A stretch of DNA of 64,000 nt from an uncultured Flavobacteriaceae bacterium (GCA_964434565.1 CAYSVQ010000070.1:16980-80979), one strand, 5' to 3'; counted from the first letter of the stretch, positions 9,774 to 19,292 are shown. Numbers and translations: made by a program. Notes: generated from the sequence alone by a model not told the origin.

Positions 9774-10829
9774 ATGATGAAAACTATTAAGGGACCCGCC
9801 GTATTCCTGGCGCAGTTTGTAGACAGTAAAGCACCTTTCAATTCCCTGGACGGGATGTGTAAATGGGCTGCAGGCCTCGGTTACAAGGGGATACAGATCC
9901 CCACCTGGGAGCACTTCCTGATCGACCTCGACAAAGCTGCGGAGAGCCAGACCTACTGTGATGAACTTAAGGGGAAAGTGAATTCCCACGGGCTGGAGAT
10001 CACCGAACTCTCTACCCACCTTCAGGGGCAGCTTGTGGCTGTCCACCCGGCCTATGACCTGATGTTCGACAATTTCGCGCCAGACCGTGTAAAGAATAAT
10101 CCAAAAGCGCGTACAGAATGGGCCGTTGACGTCGTAAAAAAAGCCGCTACGGCAAGTCGTCGCCTGGGGATCAAGGCGCATGCCACATTTTCAGGGGCCC
10201 TCTTATGGCATACCTGGCACCCATGGCCACAGCGTCCACCGGGATTAGTGGAAATGGGGTTTAGTGAACTTGCCAAACGATGGAAACCCATACTCGACCA
10301 CTTCGATAAGGAGGGTGTGGATGTCTGTTACGAGATCCATCCCGGGGAAGACCTTCATGATGGCGATACCTTCGAGCGCTTCCTGGAAGCCACGGGGAAC
10401 CACAAACGGGTAAACATCCTGTACGACCCCAGCCATTTTGTACTGCAGCAACTCGACTATATTTCCTATATAGACCACTACCATGAATTTATAAGGTCTT
10501 TCCACGTAAAGGATTCCGAATTTAACCCCACAGGCAAGAAGGGTGCCTTTGGAGGCTATAACGATTGGGGAAACCGGGCCGGAAGGTATCGTTCCCTCGG
10601 TGACGGACAGATAGATTTTAAGACCATCTTTTCCAAATTAACACAATACGGCTGCGATGTTTGGGCGGTAATGGAATGGGAATGCTGCATCAAGAGCCCC
10701 GAACAAGGAGCAAGGGAGGGGGTAAAGTTCATCCAGGACCATATCATAGAGGCGACTGATAAGACCTTTGATGATTTCGCGGGGGGGGAAACAGACAAAA
10801 ACATACTCAGAAAAATTTTAGGGACCTAA
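9774..10829 (+). CDS. Xylose-isomerase-like TIM-barrel protein (sugar phosphate isomerase/epimerase family), cytoplasmic
   Basis: 351 aa with no signal peptide. Motifs CYEIHPGED and DPSHF are typical of this fold. ATG occurs at both 9774 and 9777. Confidence 0.8.
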   Translation: MMKTIKGPAVFLAQFVDSKAPFNSLDGMCKWAAGLGYKGIQIPTWEHFLIDLDKAAESQTYCDELKGKVNSHGLEITELSTHLQGQLVAVHPAYDLMFDNFAPDRVKNNPKARTEWAVDVVKKAATASRRLGIKAHATFSGALLWHTWHPWPQRPPGLVEMGFSELAKRWKPILDHFDKEGVDVCYEIHPGEDLHDGDTFERFLEATGNHKRVNILYDPSHFVLQQLDYISYIDHYHEFIRSFHVKDSEFNPTGKKGAFGGYNDWGNRAGRYRSLGDGQIDFKTIFSKLTQYGCDVWAVMEWECCIKSPEQGAREGVKFIQDHIIEATDKTFDDFAGGETDKNILRKILGT

Positions 10830-10839
10830 ATTAGCAAAA

Positions 10840-11595
10840 ATGAAACACGTACTACTATGTATCTTTATGGCCATTGCAATGGCGGGGTGTAAAGAAAAAG
10901 CCAATAAGGAAATGGACCTGGAAGAATCAACAGAATTGGCAGCCGAACCGGCACAGGACCAGGCCGGAGCGTGGAAAGTGCTTTTTGACGGGTCATCTTT
11001 TGACGCCTGGAAAGGCTATCTGAGCGATGACGTACCCGAGCACTGGAAACTCGAAGACGGGGCCATGGTATTTTATCCTCCCGGCGACAGGCCGGAAGGG
11101 GAAAGTTATAACCTTGTTACCAAACAGGATTATGGCAATTTTGAACTTTCATTGGAATGGAAGATTGCCGAAGGCGGTAATAGCGGTGTCTTCTGGGGCA
11201 TCAAAGAAGACGAAAAGTACAATCAGCCATATGAGACCGGGCCGGAAATCCAGGTGCTCGACAATGAGCGCCACCCGGATGCAAAGGCGGGAACCACCCA
11301 CCAGGCAGGGGCGCTTTACGATATGGTGGCACCAACCGAAGACGTAACGAAACCCGTGGGGGAATGGAATACCATGCTGGTAAAGGTTGACCATGAAGCA
11401 AGACGTGGGAGTGTTGAGCTGAATGGGGTGAAAATAGTAGATTTTCCAGTCGCAGACGAACTCTGGAACGTTATGGTGTCCAAATCCAAATTCGCAGACT
11501 GGGAAGGCTTCGGTAAGTTTACCACCGGCAAGATCGGGCTGCAGGATCATGGTGATAAGGTGGCATTCAGAAATATTAAGATTCGGGAACTTTAA
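10840..11595 (+). CDS. DUF1080 / 3-keto-disaccharide hydrolase-family lipoprotein
   Basis: 251 aa with a signal and lipobox (AMAGCKE). It has a W..Y.....P..W..EDG start and a C-terminal IGLQDHGDKVAFRNIKIREL motif characteristic of DUF1080. Confidence 0.85.
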   Translation: MKHVLLCIFMAIAMAGCKEKANKEMDLEESTELAAEPAQDQAGAWKVLFDGSSFDAWKGYLSDDVPEHWKLEDGAMVFYPPGDRPEGESYNLVTKQDYGNFELSLEWKIAEGGNSGVFWGIKEDEKYNQPYETGPEIQVLDNERHPDAKAGTTHQAGALYDMVAPTEDVTKPVGEWNTMLVKVDHEARRGSVELNGVKIVDFPVADELWNVMVSKSKFADWEGFGKFTTGKIGLQDHGDKVAFRNIKIREL

Positions 11596-11628
11596 ATAAA
11601 ACCAACCGATTAAACTCAAATTTGAAAA

Positions 11629-12462
11629 ATGAAATATTTACTATCATTACTGACCATATTGTTAATTGCATCCTGCAAGGAAGAAGTGCAGGTAGCACCT
11701 ATGGAGCCGGTCTCTGAACCCGATATCGTTCATGAAGAATATGCAGGGGAGGAACCAACGGAACCTGAAGCCACGGAATTTTATGAACCGGTTCCCCCTA
11801 CGGTTGAACCATATTCACAGGACGGTGCTCCCAGTGACGCCATTATCCTGTTTGACGGATCAGGTTTTGACGAGTGGATCATGACCAGGGATAGCACCGA
11901 AGTGGTGTGGCTCCTGAACAAGGATGGCAGTATGACCGTGAAAGACCAGTCGGGTCTTATACAAACTAAAAGGAATTTTGGCGATATCCAGTTGCATATA
12001 GAATGGCGGTCCCCGGCTGAAGTGCAGCGGGAAGGACAGAACAGGGCCAACAGCGGCATTTTCCTCGACGGACTCTACGAAATCCAGGTTCTGGATAACA
12101 ATGATAACCCGACGTATGTGAACGGGCAGGTAGGCTCCATTTATAAGCAGCACATCCCCCTGGCAATGGCCTCAGTACCAACAGGAGAATGGAATACCTA
12201 TGATGTGGTGTACCATGCACCGGTTTTTAACGATAAAGGGAAGAAAATTAAATCGGGTACCATCACCCTGCTCCATAACGGCGTACTGGTACAGGACCAT
12301 GTGGAACTCAAGGGAACCACCCCCTATATAGGATATCCCAAGAACCCGCCCCATGGGAAAGGTCCTATCATGTTGCAGGATCACGGAGATAACAGCCGGG
12401 TAAGTTTCAGGAATATCTGGGTGAGGGAACTGAAGCCCGCCCCGGACCTGCCGCTCCCCTGA
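11629..12462 (+). CDS. DUF1080 / 3-keto-disaccharide hydrolase-family lipoprotein (second copy)
   Basis: 277 aa with lipobox LIASCKE. The C-terminal IMLQDHGDNSRVSFRNIWVREL matches the same family motif. Confidence 0.85.
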   Translation: MKYLLSLLTILLIASCKEEVQVAPMEPVSEPDIVHEEYAGEEPTEPEATEFYEPVPPTVEPYSQDGAPSDAIILFDGSGFDEWIMTRDSTEVVWLLNKDGSMTVKDQSGLIQTKRNFGDIQLHIEWRSPAEVQREGQNRANSGIFLDGLYEIQVLDNNDNPTYVNGQVGSIYKQHIPLAMASVPTGEWNTYDVVYHAPVFNDKGKKIKSGTITLLHNGVLVQDHVELKGTTPYIGYPKNPPHGKGPIMLQDHGDNSRVSFRNIWVRELKPAPDLPLP

Positions 12463-12508
12463 TCTCAAAAATTATTTTAAGGCCCAGGCCAAATGTAAGA
12501 AAGATAAT

Positions 12509-13366
12509 ATGATCCAATCCATGACCGGCTTTGGGAAGTACGTAATACAACTTCCTTCAAAAAGGATTACCGTAGAGTTGAAGTCCCTGAACAGTAAGGG
12601 GCTGGATCTTAACGCGAGGATGCCAGCCGCCTACAGGGAAAAGGAACTGGAGCTTCGAAAAATAATAGCAGGGAAACTGGAACGGGGCAAAATTGATTTC
12701 AGCCTCTTTGTGGAAATTACCGGGGAGGAAACCACTTCTGAAGTGAATGAAGGGGTAGTACGGCAGTATATGAAGCAGCTGAAGGCTTTGGCTGAGGGGG
12801 ATGACATCAGGTTTCTGGAGATGGCCCTCCGGATGCCCGATGCCCTTAAGGCGGACAAGGATACAGTGGATGAGCAGGAATACCAGGCCATCCTGCAGGC
12901 CCTTGAAGAAGCTTTAAAGGAGATTGAAATTTTCCGGTCGGAAGAGGGAAAAGTCCTTGAACAGGACTTCAGGGAACGAATAGCTATCCTTAACCAACTC
13001 CTTGAACAGATTGTGGCTTTAGACCCGCAACGGTTGGCCAACATCAGGGAAAAACTCGAGAAGGCCGTTTCAGACCTGAAGGCAGGGATAGACGAAAACC
13101 GCTTCGAGCAGGAGCTTATCTATTACCTGGAAAAATACGATATCACCGAAGAGAAGGTACGCCTTTCCAACCATCTGGCATATTTTTCTGATACCCTGGC
13201 GTCTGCGGATTCCAATGGTAAAAAACTGGGCTTTATCAGCCAGGAAATCGGGCGGGAGATAAATACCATCGGCTCTAAGGCGAACTATGCGCCTATGCAG
13301 CAATTGGTCGTTCAGATGAAAGACGAACTGGAGAAAGTAAAGGAACAAATGTTGAACGTTTTATGA
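12509..13366 (+). CDS. yicC: YicC-family protein
   Basis: 285 aa starting MIQSMTGFG with a C-terminal REINTIGSKA motif, both typical of YicC. Its stop overlaps the gmk start (ATGA). Confidence 0.85.
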   Translation: MIQSMTGFGKYVIQLPSKRITVELKSLNSKGLDLNARMPAAYREKELELRKIIAGKLERGKIDFSLFVEITGEETTSEVNEGVVRQYMKQLKALAEGDDIRFLEMALRMPDALKADKDTVDEQEYQAILQALEEALKEIEIFRSEEGKVLEQDFRERIAILNQLLEQIVALDPQRLANIREKLEKAVSDLKAGIDENRFEQELIYYLEKYDITEEKVRLSNHLAYFSDTLASADSNGKKLGFISQEIGREINTIGSKANYAPMQQLVVQMKDELEKVKEQMLNVL

Positions 13367-13950
13367 CCAAAGGCGGTAAACTCATAGTATTCTCGGCCCC
13401 TTCGGGCAGCGGTAAAACCACTATTGTAAAGTACCTGCTCGCACAGCCCGAACTCAACCTGGCATTCTCGGTGTCGGCCACCTCCAGGCCGAGAAGGATC
13501 AAGGAGAAAAACGGGGAACATTATTACTTCATGTCTATCTCCGAGTTTAAAAATCATATAAAAGGCAACGATTTCCTGGAATGGGAAGAGGTGTACAGGG
13601 ATAATTTTTACGGTACCCTCAAAAGCGAAGTGGAGCGCCTGTGGGCCGAAGGGAAGAATGTGATCTTCGATATAGATGTCTCCGGGGGCCTGAGAATCAA
13701 GAAGAAACACCCGGATATTACCCTGGCGGTATTTGTTAAACCCCCCAGTGTGGATGAACTTAAAATCCGCCTGAAAAAACGAAGCACGGAAGACGACGAC
13801 AAAATTAATATGCGCATTGCAAAAGCCCATGTGGAACTGGCCACAGCCCCTCAGTTCGATAAAATCATTAAGAATTACGATCTGGATACTGCCCTTCGGG
13901 AAGCCCACCAGCTGGTAGCCGATTATTTGGGAGTCGGGACGAAGGGTTGA
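13363..13950 (+). CDS. gmk: Guanylate kinase
   Basis: 195 aa with P-loop SAPSGSGKTT and the conserved SATSRPRR and EWEEVY motifs. Confidence 0.92.
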   Translation: MTKGGKLIVFSAPSGSGKTTIVKYLLAQPELNLAFSVSATSRPRRIKEKNGEHYYFMSISEFKNHIKGNDFLEWEEVYRDNFYGTLKSEVERLWAEGKNVIFDIDVSGGLRIKKKHPDITLAVFVKPPSVDELKIRLKKRSTEDDDKINMRIAKAHVELATAPQFDKIIKNYDLDTALREAHQLVADYLGVGTKG

Positions 13951-14015
13951 TTAATAGGCAGGAGGCAGTTGGCAGGTTGTACGGGATGTGTTCCTGGGGC
14001 TCATTAGTAAGGACA

Positions 14016-14364
14016 GACCTCCCCCGGCCTTTCGGGCCGACCCCTCCAAAGGAGGGGTTATATAAACAAATTATCATAGAATCGTTCTCCCCTCTCCCTT
14101 GTTTGAAGTAACTACCCTAGCCCAATTGTTTCAAGAATTTCTCCCCTCTCCCTTGGAGAGGGGCCGGGGGAGAGGGGAGAAACGCGCAGTCACTAACGCA
14201 AACCTTGCTATTACTCCCGAATTCATTGATGAAAATGCTTCATCGCGAATGAACTAAAGCTATGTCATTTCGAACCGAACGAAGTGAGTGTGAGAAATCC
14301 CATGATGGTGGCGTGGACCTGGTTTGGTGAGATTTCTCAGTCGCTCCGCTCCTTCGAAATGACA
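14016..14364. repeat. Array of REP-like hairpin elements
   Basis: Several elements are visible. Hairpins lie at 14025..14039 and 14041..14057 (CCCCTCC-AAA-GGAGGGG). A direct repeat TTCTCCCCTCTCCCTT occurs at 14085..14100 and 14139..14154. A perfect 15-bp inverted repeat joins TTTCTCCCCTCTCCC (14138..14152) and GGGAGAGGGGAGAAA (14168..14182). A 100-bp imperfect inverted-repeat element spans 14265..14364, with termini GTCATTTCGAA / TTCGAAATGAC and inner GAGAAATC / GATTTCTC. Confidence 0.8.
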
Positions 14365-14410
14365 TGTGGGGGTGCTAAGCTACTTCCAAATCCTTAATTC
14401 CTGCCCTCAA

Positions 14411-14442
14411 ATCAACGAATCAACATATCAACAAATCAACCC
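14411..14442. repeat. ATCAACNN octamer microrepeat (4 units)
   Basis: ATCAAC recurs at 14411, 14419, 14427 and 14435 with period 8. Isolated ATCAACCC copies lie at 14563 and about 14610. A two-unit copy lies at 51681..51696. Confidence 0.75.
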
Positions 14443-14742
14443 CATTGCAGCCAGCAAGCTGGCGAAATAGGGCAAGCGCATCAATCGTGCCACCAAATAA
14501 ACAATTACACAAATCCACACATACACCAACCTCTGCCTACTGCAACTGTGTACTGCCTTCAAATCAACCCTCCTACGCCAAGGCTTTGGCCCGCCAGAGT
14601 CGGGGACCTGGGCAGGCGTATCAACCCACCTGTGGCGGAAAGTTTCATTAGAAGAGGGGAGTTTTTAGTTGATCATGGTTTAGTTTTTCAGAATTTCGGG
14701 CTAAATTACCTCCCTGAAGTTTTGAACAACAGCTGCCACCCA

Positions 14743-15327
14743 ATGAAGAAAGTCGGCCTTTTTTTCGGCACTTTTAATCCCATCCACATAGGTCATCTGG
14801 TGATTGCAAACCATATGACGGAATTCTCCGACCTGGAGGAAGTATGGCTGGTGGTAACCCCCAGGAGCCCATTCAAAACAAAGATATCCCTGTTAGATAA
14901 TCACCACCGTTACCAACTGGTTTACGAGGCAATAAAGGAATATCCCAAACTTAAGGTGAGTGATATAGAATTCAACCTAACCCAGCCCAACTTTACAATC
15001 AATACCCTGGTACAACTGGAGGAGAAATACGGGAGCGAATACCGCTTTGCCCTGCTAATGGGGGAAGATAATCTTCAGGGTTTCCACAAATGGAAGAATT
15101 ACGAAATTATCCTTTCCCATTACCAACTCTACGTATATCCCAGACTGGCACAAGGGAAAATCCCCCCGGGCTTAATCAATCACCAATCGGTTCACCGGGT
15201 GGATGCCCCCATCATGGAGATCTCCTCCACCTTTATCCGCGAGCAGCATAAGGCCGGCAGGAATATCCGGCCCTTACTTCCGGAGGCAGTCTGGAAGTAT
15301 GTGGATGAGATGAATTTTTATAGGTAG
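14743..15327 (+). CDS. nadD: Nicotinate-nucleotide adenylyltransferase
   Basis: The track ORF begins at 14548 inside the repeat region. The ATG at 14743 gives MKKVGLFFGTFNPIHIGHL, the canonical NadD (H/T)xGH start, and a 194-aa protein. Confidence 0.88.
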   Translation: MKKVGLFFGTFNPIHIGHLVIANHMTEFSDLEEVWLVVTPRSPFKTKISLLDNHHRYQLVYEAIKEYPKLKVSDIEFNLTQPNFTINTLVQLEEKYGSEYRFALLMGEDNLQGFHKWKNYEIILSHYQLYVYPRLAQGKIPPGLINHQSVHRVDAPIMEISSTFIREQHKAGRNIRPLLPEAVWKYVDEMNFYR

Positions 15328-15339
15328 GGGCGCAAACAA

Positions 15340-15370
15340 AAAACCCGGCCTGGGGGCTGGCCGGGTTTTT
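15340..15370. terminator. Bidirectional rho-independent terminator
   Basis: AAAAAACCCGGCC-TGGGGGCT-GGCCGGGTTTTT lies between the convergent nadD and 15392..15898 genes. Confidence 0.8.
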
Positions 15371-15391
15371 CGGAAAGTGGCAGCTTCCTGT

Positions 15392-15898
15392 TTACAGGAA
15401 TTCGCCGTTTTCTGTCATTTTAACCCTCATGGTTTTCTCACCATTCCTGATCTTGATCTTGTAACTCTTACTGGCACCAGCGCGATCATTGTAGTTAATC
15501 TTGTACGAATCGTCTGTAAGTTCCCAGTTAGGGAAGCGGGTTGCCAGTGCATTGCGCACTTCTTTAGGCAAAGCCACATCCTTAAACCGTTCTATGGTTC
15601 GCACCACTTTTCCGTCTGCATCGTAAACCGCAACTATTTTCCCGGCGGGGATATAGAATGATACGGTATACAGGCCCCACTCGTCCTGATAGAACCCGGA
15701 TTCCTGTACATCGAAGGCGGCCACCTTGCGTTCGAGCATCTTCACGGGGATGGCGGCTTCCTTGTTGTCTGATTCATTCAGATATTTATAGTTGGCTGCC
15801 ATCACAACAACTTCCGACAATTGCTCTGTCTGAACTACCTGAGCATAGGCTTGGCTGGCCAGACCACTTATCAACAGGCCAAGAATTAATTTTTTCAT
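15392..15898 (-). CDS. Hypothetical secreted protein
   Basis: 168 aa with an ATG start and the signal peptide MKKLILGLLISGLASQAYAQ. I recognise no family. Confidence 0.6.
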   Translation of the reverse strand: MKKLILGLLISGLASQAYAQVVQTEQLSEVVVMAANYKYLNESDNKEAAIPVKMLERKVAAFDVQESGFYQDEWGLYTVSFYIPAGKIVAVYDADGKVVRTIERFKDVALPKEVRNALATRFPNWELTDDSYKINYNDRAGASKSYKIKIRNGEKTMRVKMTENGEFL

Positions 15899-16133
15899 AT
15901 CCCAATAGTTTTATTGATTGATACAGAATTCGGTGTTTAAACCATAAGAAAGGTAAGCGGGAAGTTCAGGGTATCCTATGATTTATATCAGCCCGGGATG
16001 TAGATGTGGTCATCTCCCTTAATAATGGATTTCTGGGGCGGAAGGATGTGGCCCGTAATGCCTGGTGTTAATAAAAAAGTTATCACCTGGGAATATCCCG
16101 GAGTATTGGCGCTTATAAGATTTTCACCCCGCT

Positions 16134-18437
16134 TTATTTCAGCGGAGAGCTTTCCACAACTGCCGGTTTTACGCTTTTGTCGTGGGCTTCAAAATAAAGT
16201 TCCAGCATATTCATTGTCGCGGTAAGCAGGTCTTTGGTTTCCAGCAGGATGGAAAAGTACAGGGTGGTATTTTTAGGGCTGGATTCTTCACTCCTGGTTC
16301 GTTTTATCTGCTTTTCTATTTTCTGGGTCACCATATCAAACATCTCCTGCTTTCCATCCAGAATGGCTCCTATTGCCTCAAAAGACCGATTGTCGAAGGC
16401 GCTTTTGGTTTGGTTCAGGATATCATCGAGTTTATAATCGAGTTCCTTCAGTTCCTTGATCTGGGTGTATTTCAGTTTCTTATGGTTGTTATGCACGTGT
16501 TTATGGCTCACTTTTCCGATGTACTCAAGGGACTGCGTCATATCTGTCAGGTAAGCGAGCACATTTATGTAAAAATTACTGGCGCCCACACTACCCTCAT
16601 CGAGGTTCTTGATAAAATAAAAGACGCTGTCGCGAAGGTCTTCCACTTCAGCCGAAAGTTTGTCTACCTGCTTTTTATTCTTTTTCAGCTGGTCCAGGTC
16701 GTGTTTCGCGAGGCCATTGATCGAATAGGTATAGATCTTATTGGTCCGTTTAATGACATTGGAAATGTTTTCGGCACTTTCAACCATTACCCCTTGAATG
16801 GAACTACTTTCGGCCCTTCGTAAACTATCGACGGCCTTGATCTCACGCGATTTTTTGTTAAAGGAGATATAGTTCCGCAACAGGATGAGAAAGGCGGCCA
16901 ACAACAGGATGGTAATGGCAACGCCTTTCCCAAAACTGATTAGGGTTAAAATGGTACCTGCCGCAACAAAGGCGATAATTGCGGTCATAAACCAACCACC
17001 TATAACATTGAGCACCCCTGCCACACGGTATACCGCACTGTCTGATCCCCAGGCCCTGTCTGCCAGGGAGGAACCCATGGCTACCATAAACGTAACATAG
17101 GTGGTAGATAAAGGGAGTTTGTAAGAGGTAGCCATCGAAATCAAGATAGCGGCTACCATCAGGTTAACGGCGGCACGGACCATATCAAATGCCGGGGCAT
17201 CCACGGATTTACCTCTATGTAGCCTTACCTCCGGTTTTTTGAACCGTCTTGCAATTTTTTCACGGACGCTCACAGGCAGCACCGTGGAGGTATAGGCGGC
17301 AGTAAGCATGGAAATGCGTACGATATTCCGGGAAAGAAAATTAGGTTCGAAGCGTTCCTTGGCCTCCCCTTCCCGGGCCAGGTTGATTTCCGTATCGGTT
17401 ACAGAACGGGCTTTCTTGGATAACCAGAGGGTGACCACCATGACCAGGCCGGAAAGAAACAGCAGCAGAGTGGGGGTAGGTACCTTTGTGGCCAGGACGC
17501 TCATCCCAAACTCCGTATCAACGGCACCGGAGGCGGTCCATGCGTTGTAGGATTGGAAGGCGGCTATGGGGACCCCGATAAAATTTACAAGGTCATTGCC
17601 TGCGAAGGCCAGGGCCAGGGCAAAAGTGCCTACCCCAATTACAACCTTATAGATGCTGATACGGCCTAACTGTATCAGCAGAAAGGAAACAGTGCCCCAG
17701 AACAATAAATTGAGGAGTACTATTGGAAACACCTGTACTTCCAGGAATTCCACGATCTTCATGCCGCCAATAACATCATAGCTCTTATCGGCAATGGGGG
17801 TACCCGCAATGCCTTTGACGAAGATGAAATAGGTTATGGCCGTAAGCGCGATGCTCCCGAAAAGGGCACCCACCCAATTGGCTTTTTTCTGGAAATCGAA
17901 GGATAACAGAAAGCGGGAAGCCCATTGTACCACGGCACCTATGCTGAAGGCGATAACTACCGAAAGGAGGATCCCAAAGATGATTTCGGATGCTTTGGCA
18001 GTGTTGATATAATTTACTATTGTAGAGAAACTCCCGCCATCGGCTATTATTTTGATAAAGGACATGGCCACGGCCGCTCCCAGCAATTCAAATACAATAG
18101 ACACAGTCGTTGAGGTAGGCATGCCCAGGGTATTGAAAAAATCCAGCAACAAGATATCTGTGATCATGACCGCCATAAAGATGAACATGATCTCATCGAA
18201 ATAAAACTCTCCGGGATTAAAGATGCCACTACGGGCTACTTCCATCATACCACTCGAAAAAATAGCGCCAAAAGCTATCCCGAGGCTGGCAATAATCATA
18301 ATGCTCTTGAAGGAGATGGCTTTGGAACCTATGGCGGAATTCAGGAAGTTAACGGCATCATTGCTTACCCCAACAACCAGGTCGGCAATGGCGAGAACAC
18401 CTAGAGCAATAACCATTAATAGATAAAAGTTATCCAT
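16134..18437 (-). CDS. PiT-family inorganic phosphate transporter with a long C-terminal PhoU-like helical domain
   Basis: The track start at 18455 is a TTG. The ATG at 18437 gives MDNFYLLMVIALGVLAIADLVVGVSNDAVNFLNSAIGS, a PHO4/PiT signature. The last ~250 aa are hydrophilic and coiled (LDQLKKNKKQVDKLSAEVEDLRD...), resembling PhoU-type repeats. Confidence 0.8.
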   Translation of the reverse strand: MDNFYLLMVIALGVLAIADLVVGVSNDAVNFLNSAIGSKAISFKSIMIIASLGIAFGAIFSSGMMEVARSGIFNPGEFYFDEIMFIFMAVMITDILLLDFFNTLGMPTSTTVSIVFELLGAAVAMSFIKIIADGGSFSTIVNYINTAKASEIIFGILLSVVIAFSIGAVVQWASRFLLSFDFQKKANWVGALFGSIALTAITYFIFVKGIAGTPIADKSYDVIGGMKIVEFLEVQVFPIVLLNLLFWGTVSFLLIQLGRISIYKVVIGVGTFALALAFAGNDLVNFIGVPIAAFQSYNAWTASGAVDTEFGMSVLATKVPTPTLLLFLSGLVMVVTLWLSKKARSVTDTEINLAREGEAKERFEPNFLSRNIVRISMLTAAYTSTVLPVSVREKIARRFKKPEVRLHRGKSVDAPAFDMVRAAVNLMVAAILISMATSYKLPLSTTYVTFMVAMGSSLADRAWGSDSAVYRVAGVLNVIGGWFMTAIIAFVAAGTILTLISFGKGVAITILLLAAFLILLRNYISFNKKSREIKAVDSLRRAESSSIQGVMVESAENISNVIKRTNKIYTYSINGLAKHDLDQLKKNKKQVDKLSAEVEDLRDSVFYFIKNLDEGSVGASNFYINVLAYLTDMTQSLEYIGKVSHKHVHNNHKKLKYTQIKELKELDYKLDDILNQTKSAFDNRSFEAIGAILDGKQEMFDMVTQKIEKQIKRTRSEESSPKNTTLYFSILLETKDLLTATMNMLELYFEAHDKSVKPAVVESSPLK

Positions 18438-18877
18438 GGACTCAAGATAAAACAATTAGCAAATATCTAATGTTAGGGGGGCTAAAATGTTACCTAAATG
18501 TTATTTCTATTATATCCCCGGAAATGTATTTAACCTGAAGGTGCCACCCGCCCTCCTCCGGGAGGGCCAGGACAATTAAAAAGCGGGGAGGATTACTTTA
18601 AAGGCGGTTCCCGGAAATCAAATTTCTGATGTCGCCAAAATCTCATGCCAATGCTGAACTTCTGATATATTCCTTCTGACCCCTTTAAAATAACTATATT
18701 CTAGGTAAAGTAAAGGTGAGGTGATCCTAAGTGAATCTTTAATGAAATGAATACTAGCTTTCCTGCTGGAAAGATATTTATGGATATATATACTTCAAAT
18801 GTAAAATTAACGTTAACAAATAGTATTATTAAAGTTAATTGAGTATCTTTATTCCATAAACGTAAAGCACAATCGAA

Positions 18878-19234
18878 ATGTATAAGTCCATAATTATAAG
18901 TTTCCTGATCTTAACTACAGCATGGGGTTACAGCCAGGAAAAAGCAGATAAAAAGTTCAATGAGGAAACCAGCCTGATAGAAGCTACATATTATCATGAC
19001 AATGGCCTGGTTAGCCAGGAGGGGACTTTCAATTTAGCTGGTAAGCTTCATGGCGAATGGACCAGCTATAACAGTAAAGGTGAAAAAATTGCACTAGGCA
19101 GTTATAGCAATGGCCTCAGGACCGGGAAATGGTATTTTTGGTCAGGGGAGACTCTGAGGGAAGTGGAATTCAATAATAACCAGATTGCCAGTGTTACCGA
19201 GGCGGAGAATGCCGATGGCATAGTCAATCACTAG
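18878..19234 (+). CDS. MORN-variant repeat protein (YwqK-family-like), secreted
   Basis: 118 aa with a signal peptide. It contains repeated G.L.G.W..Y...G-type motifs (GKLHGEWTSYNSKGEK, GLRTGKWYFWSGE). Confidence 0.55.
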   Translation: MYKSIIISFLILTTAWGYSQEKADKKFNEETSLIEATYYHDNGLVSQEGTFNLAGKLHGEWTSYNSKGEKIALGSYSNGLRTGKWYFWSGETLREVEFNNNQIASVTEAENADGIVNH

Positions 19235-19263
19235 CCTGCAGCTCCTTCCTTTAATAAAAATAG

Positions 19264-19292
19264 AACATCCGCCAATAGGCGGATGTTTTTTT
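19264..19292 (+). terminator. Rho-independent terminator
   Basis: AACATCCGCC-AATA-GGCGGATGTT is followed by a T-run. Confidence 0.8.

Noticed and set aside
14445-14742. Track ORFs 14445..14651 and the N-terminal 65 codons of 14548..15327
   Set aside because: They read through low-complexity repeat DNA (ATCAAC octamers and proline/arginine-rich translations). NadD begins cleanly at ATG 14743 with its canonical GTFNPIHIGH motif.
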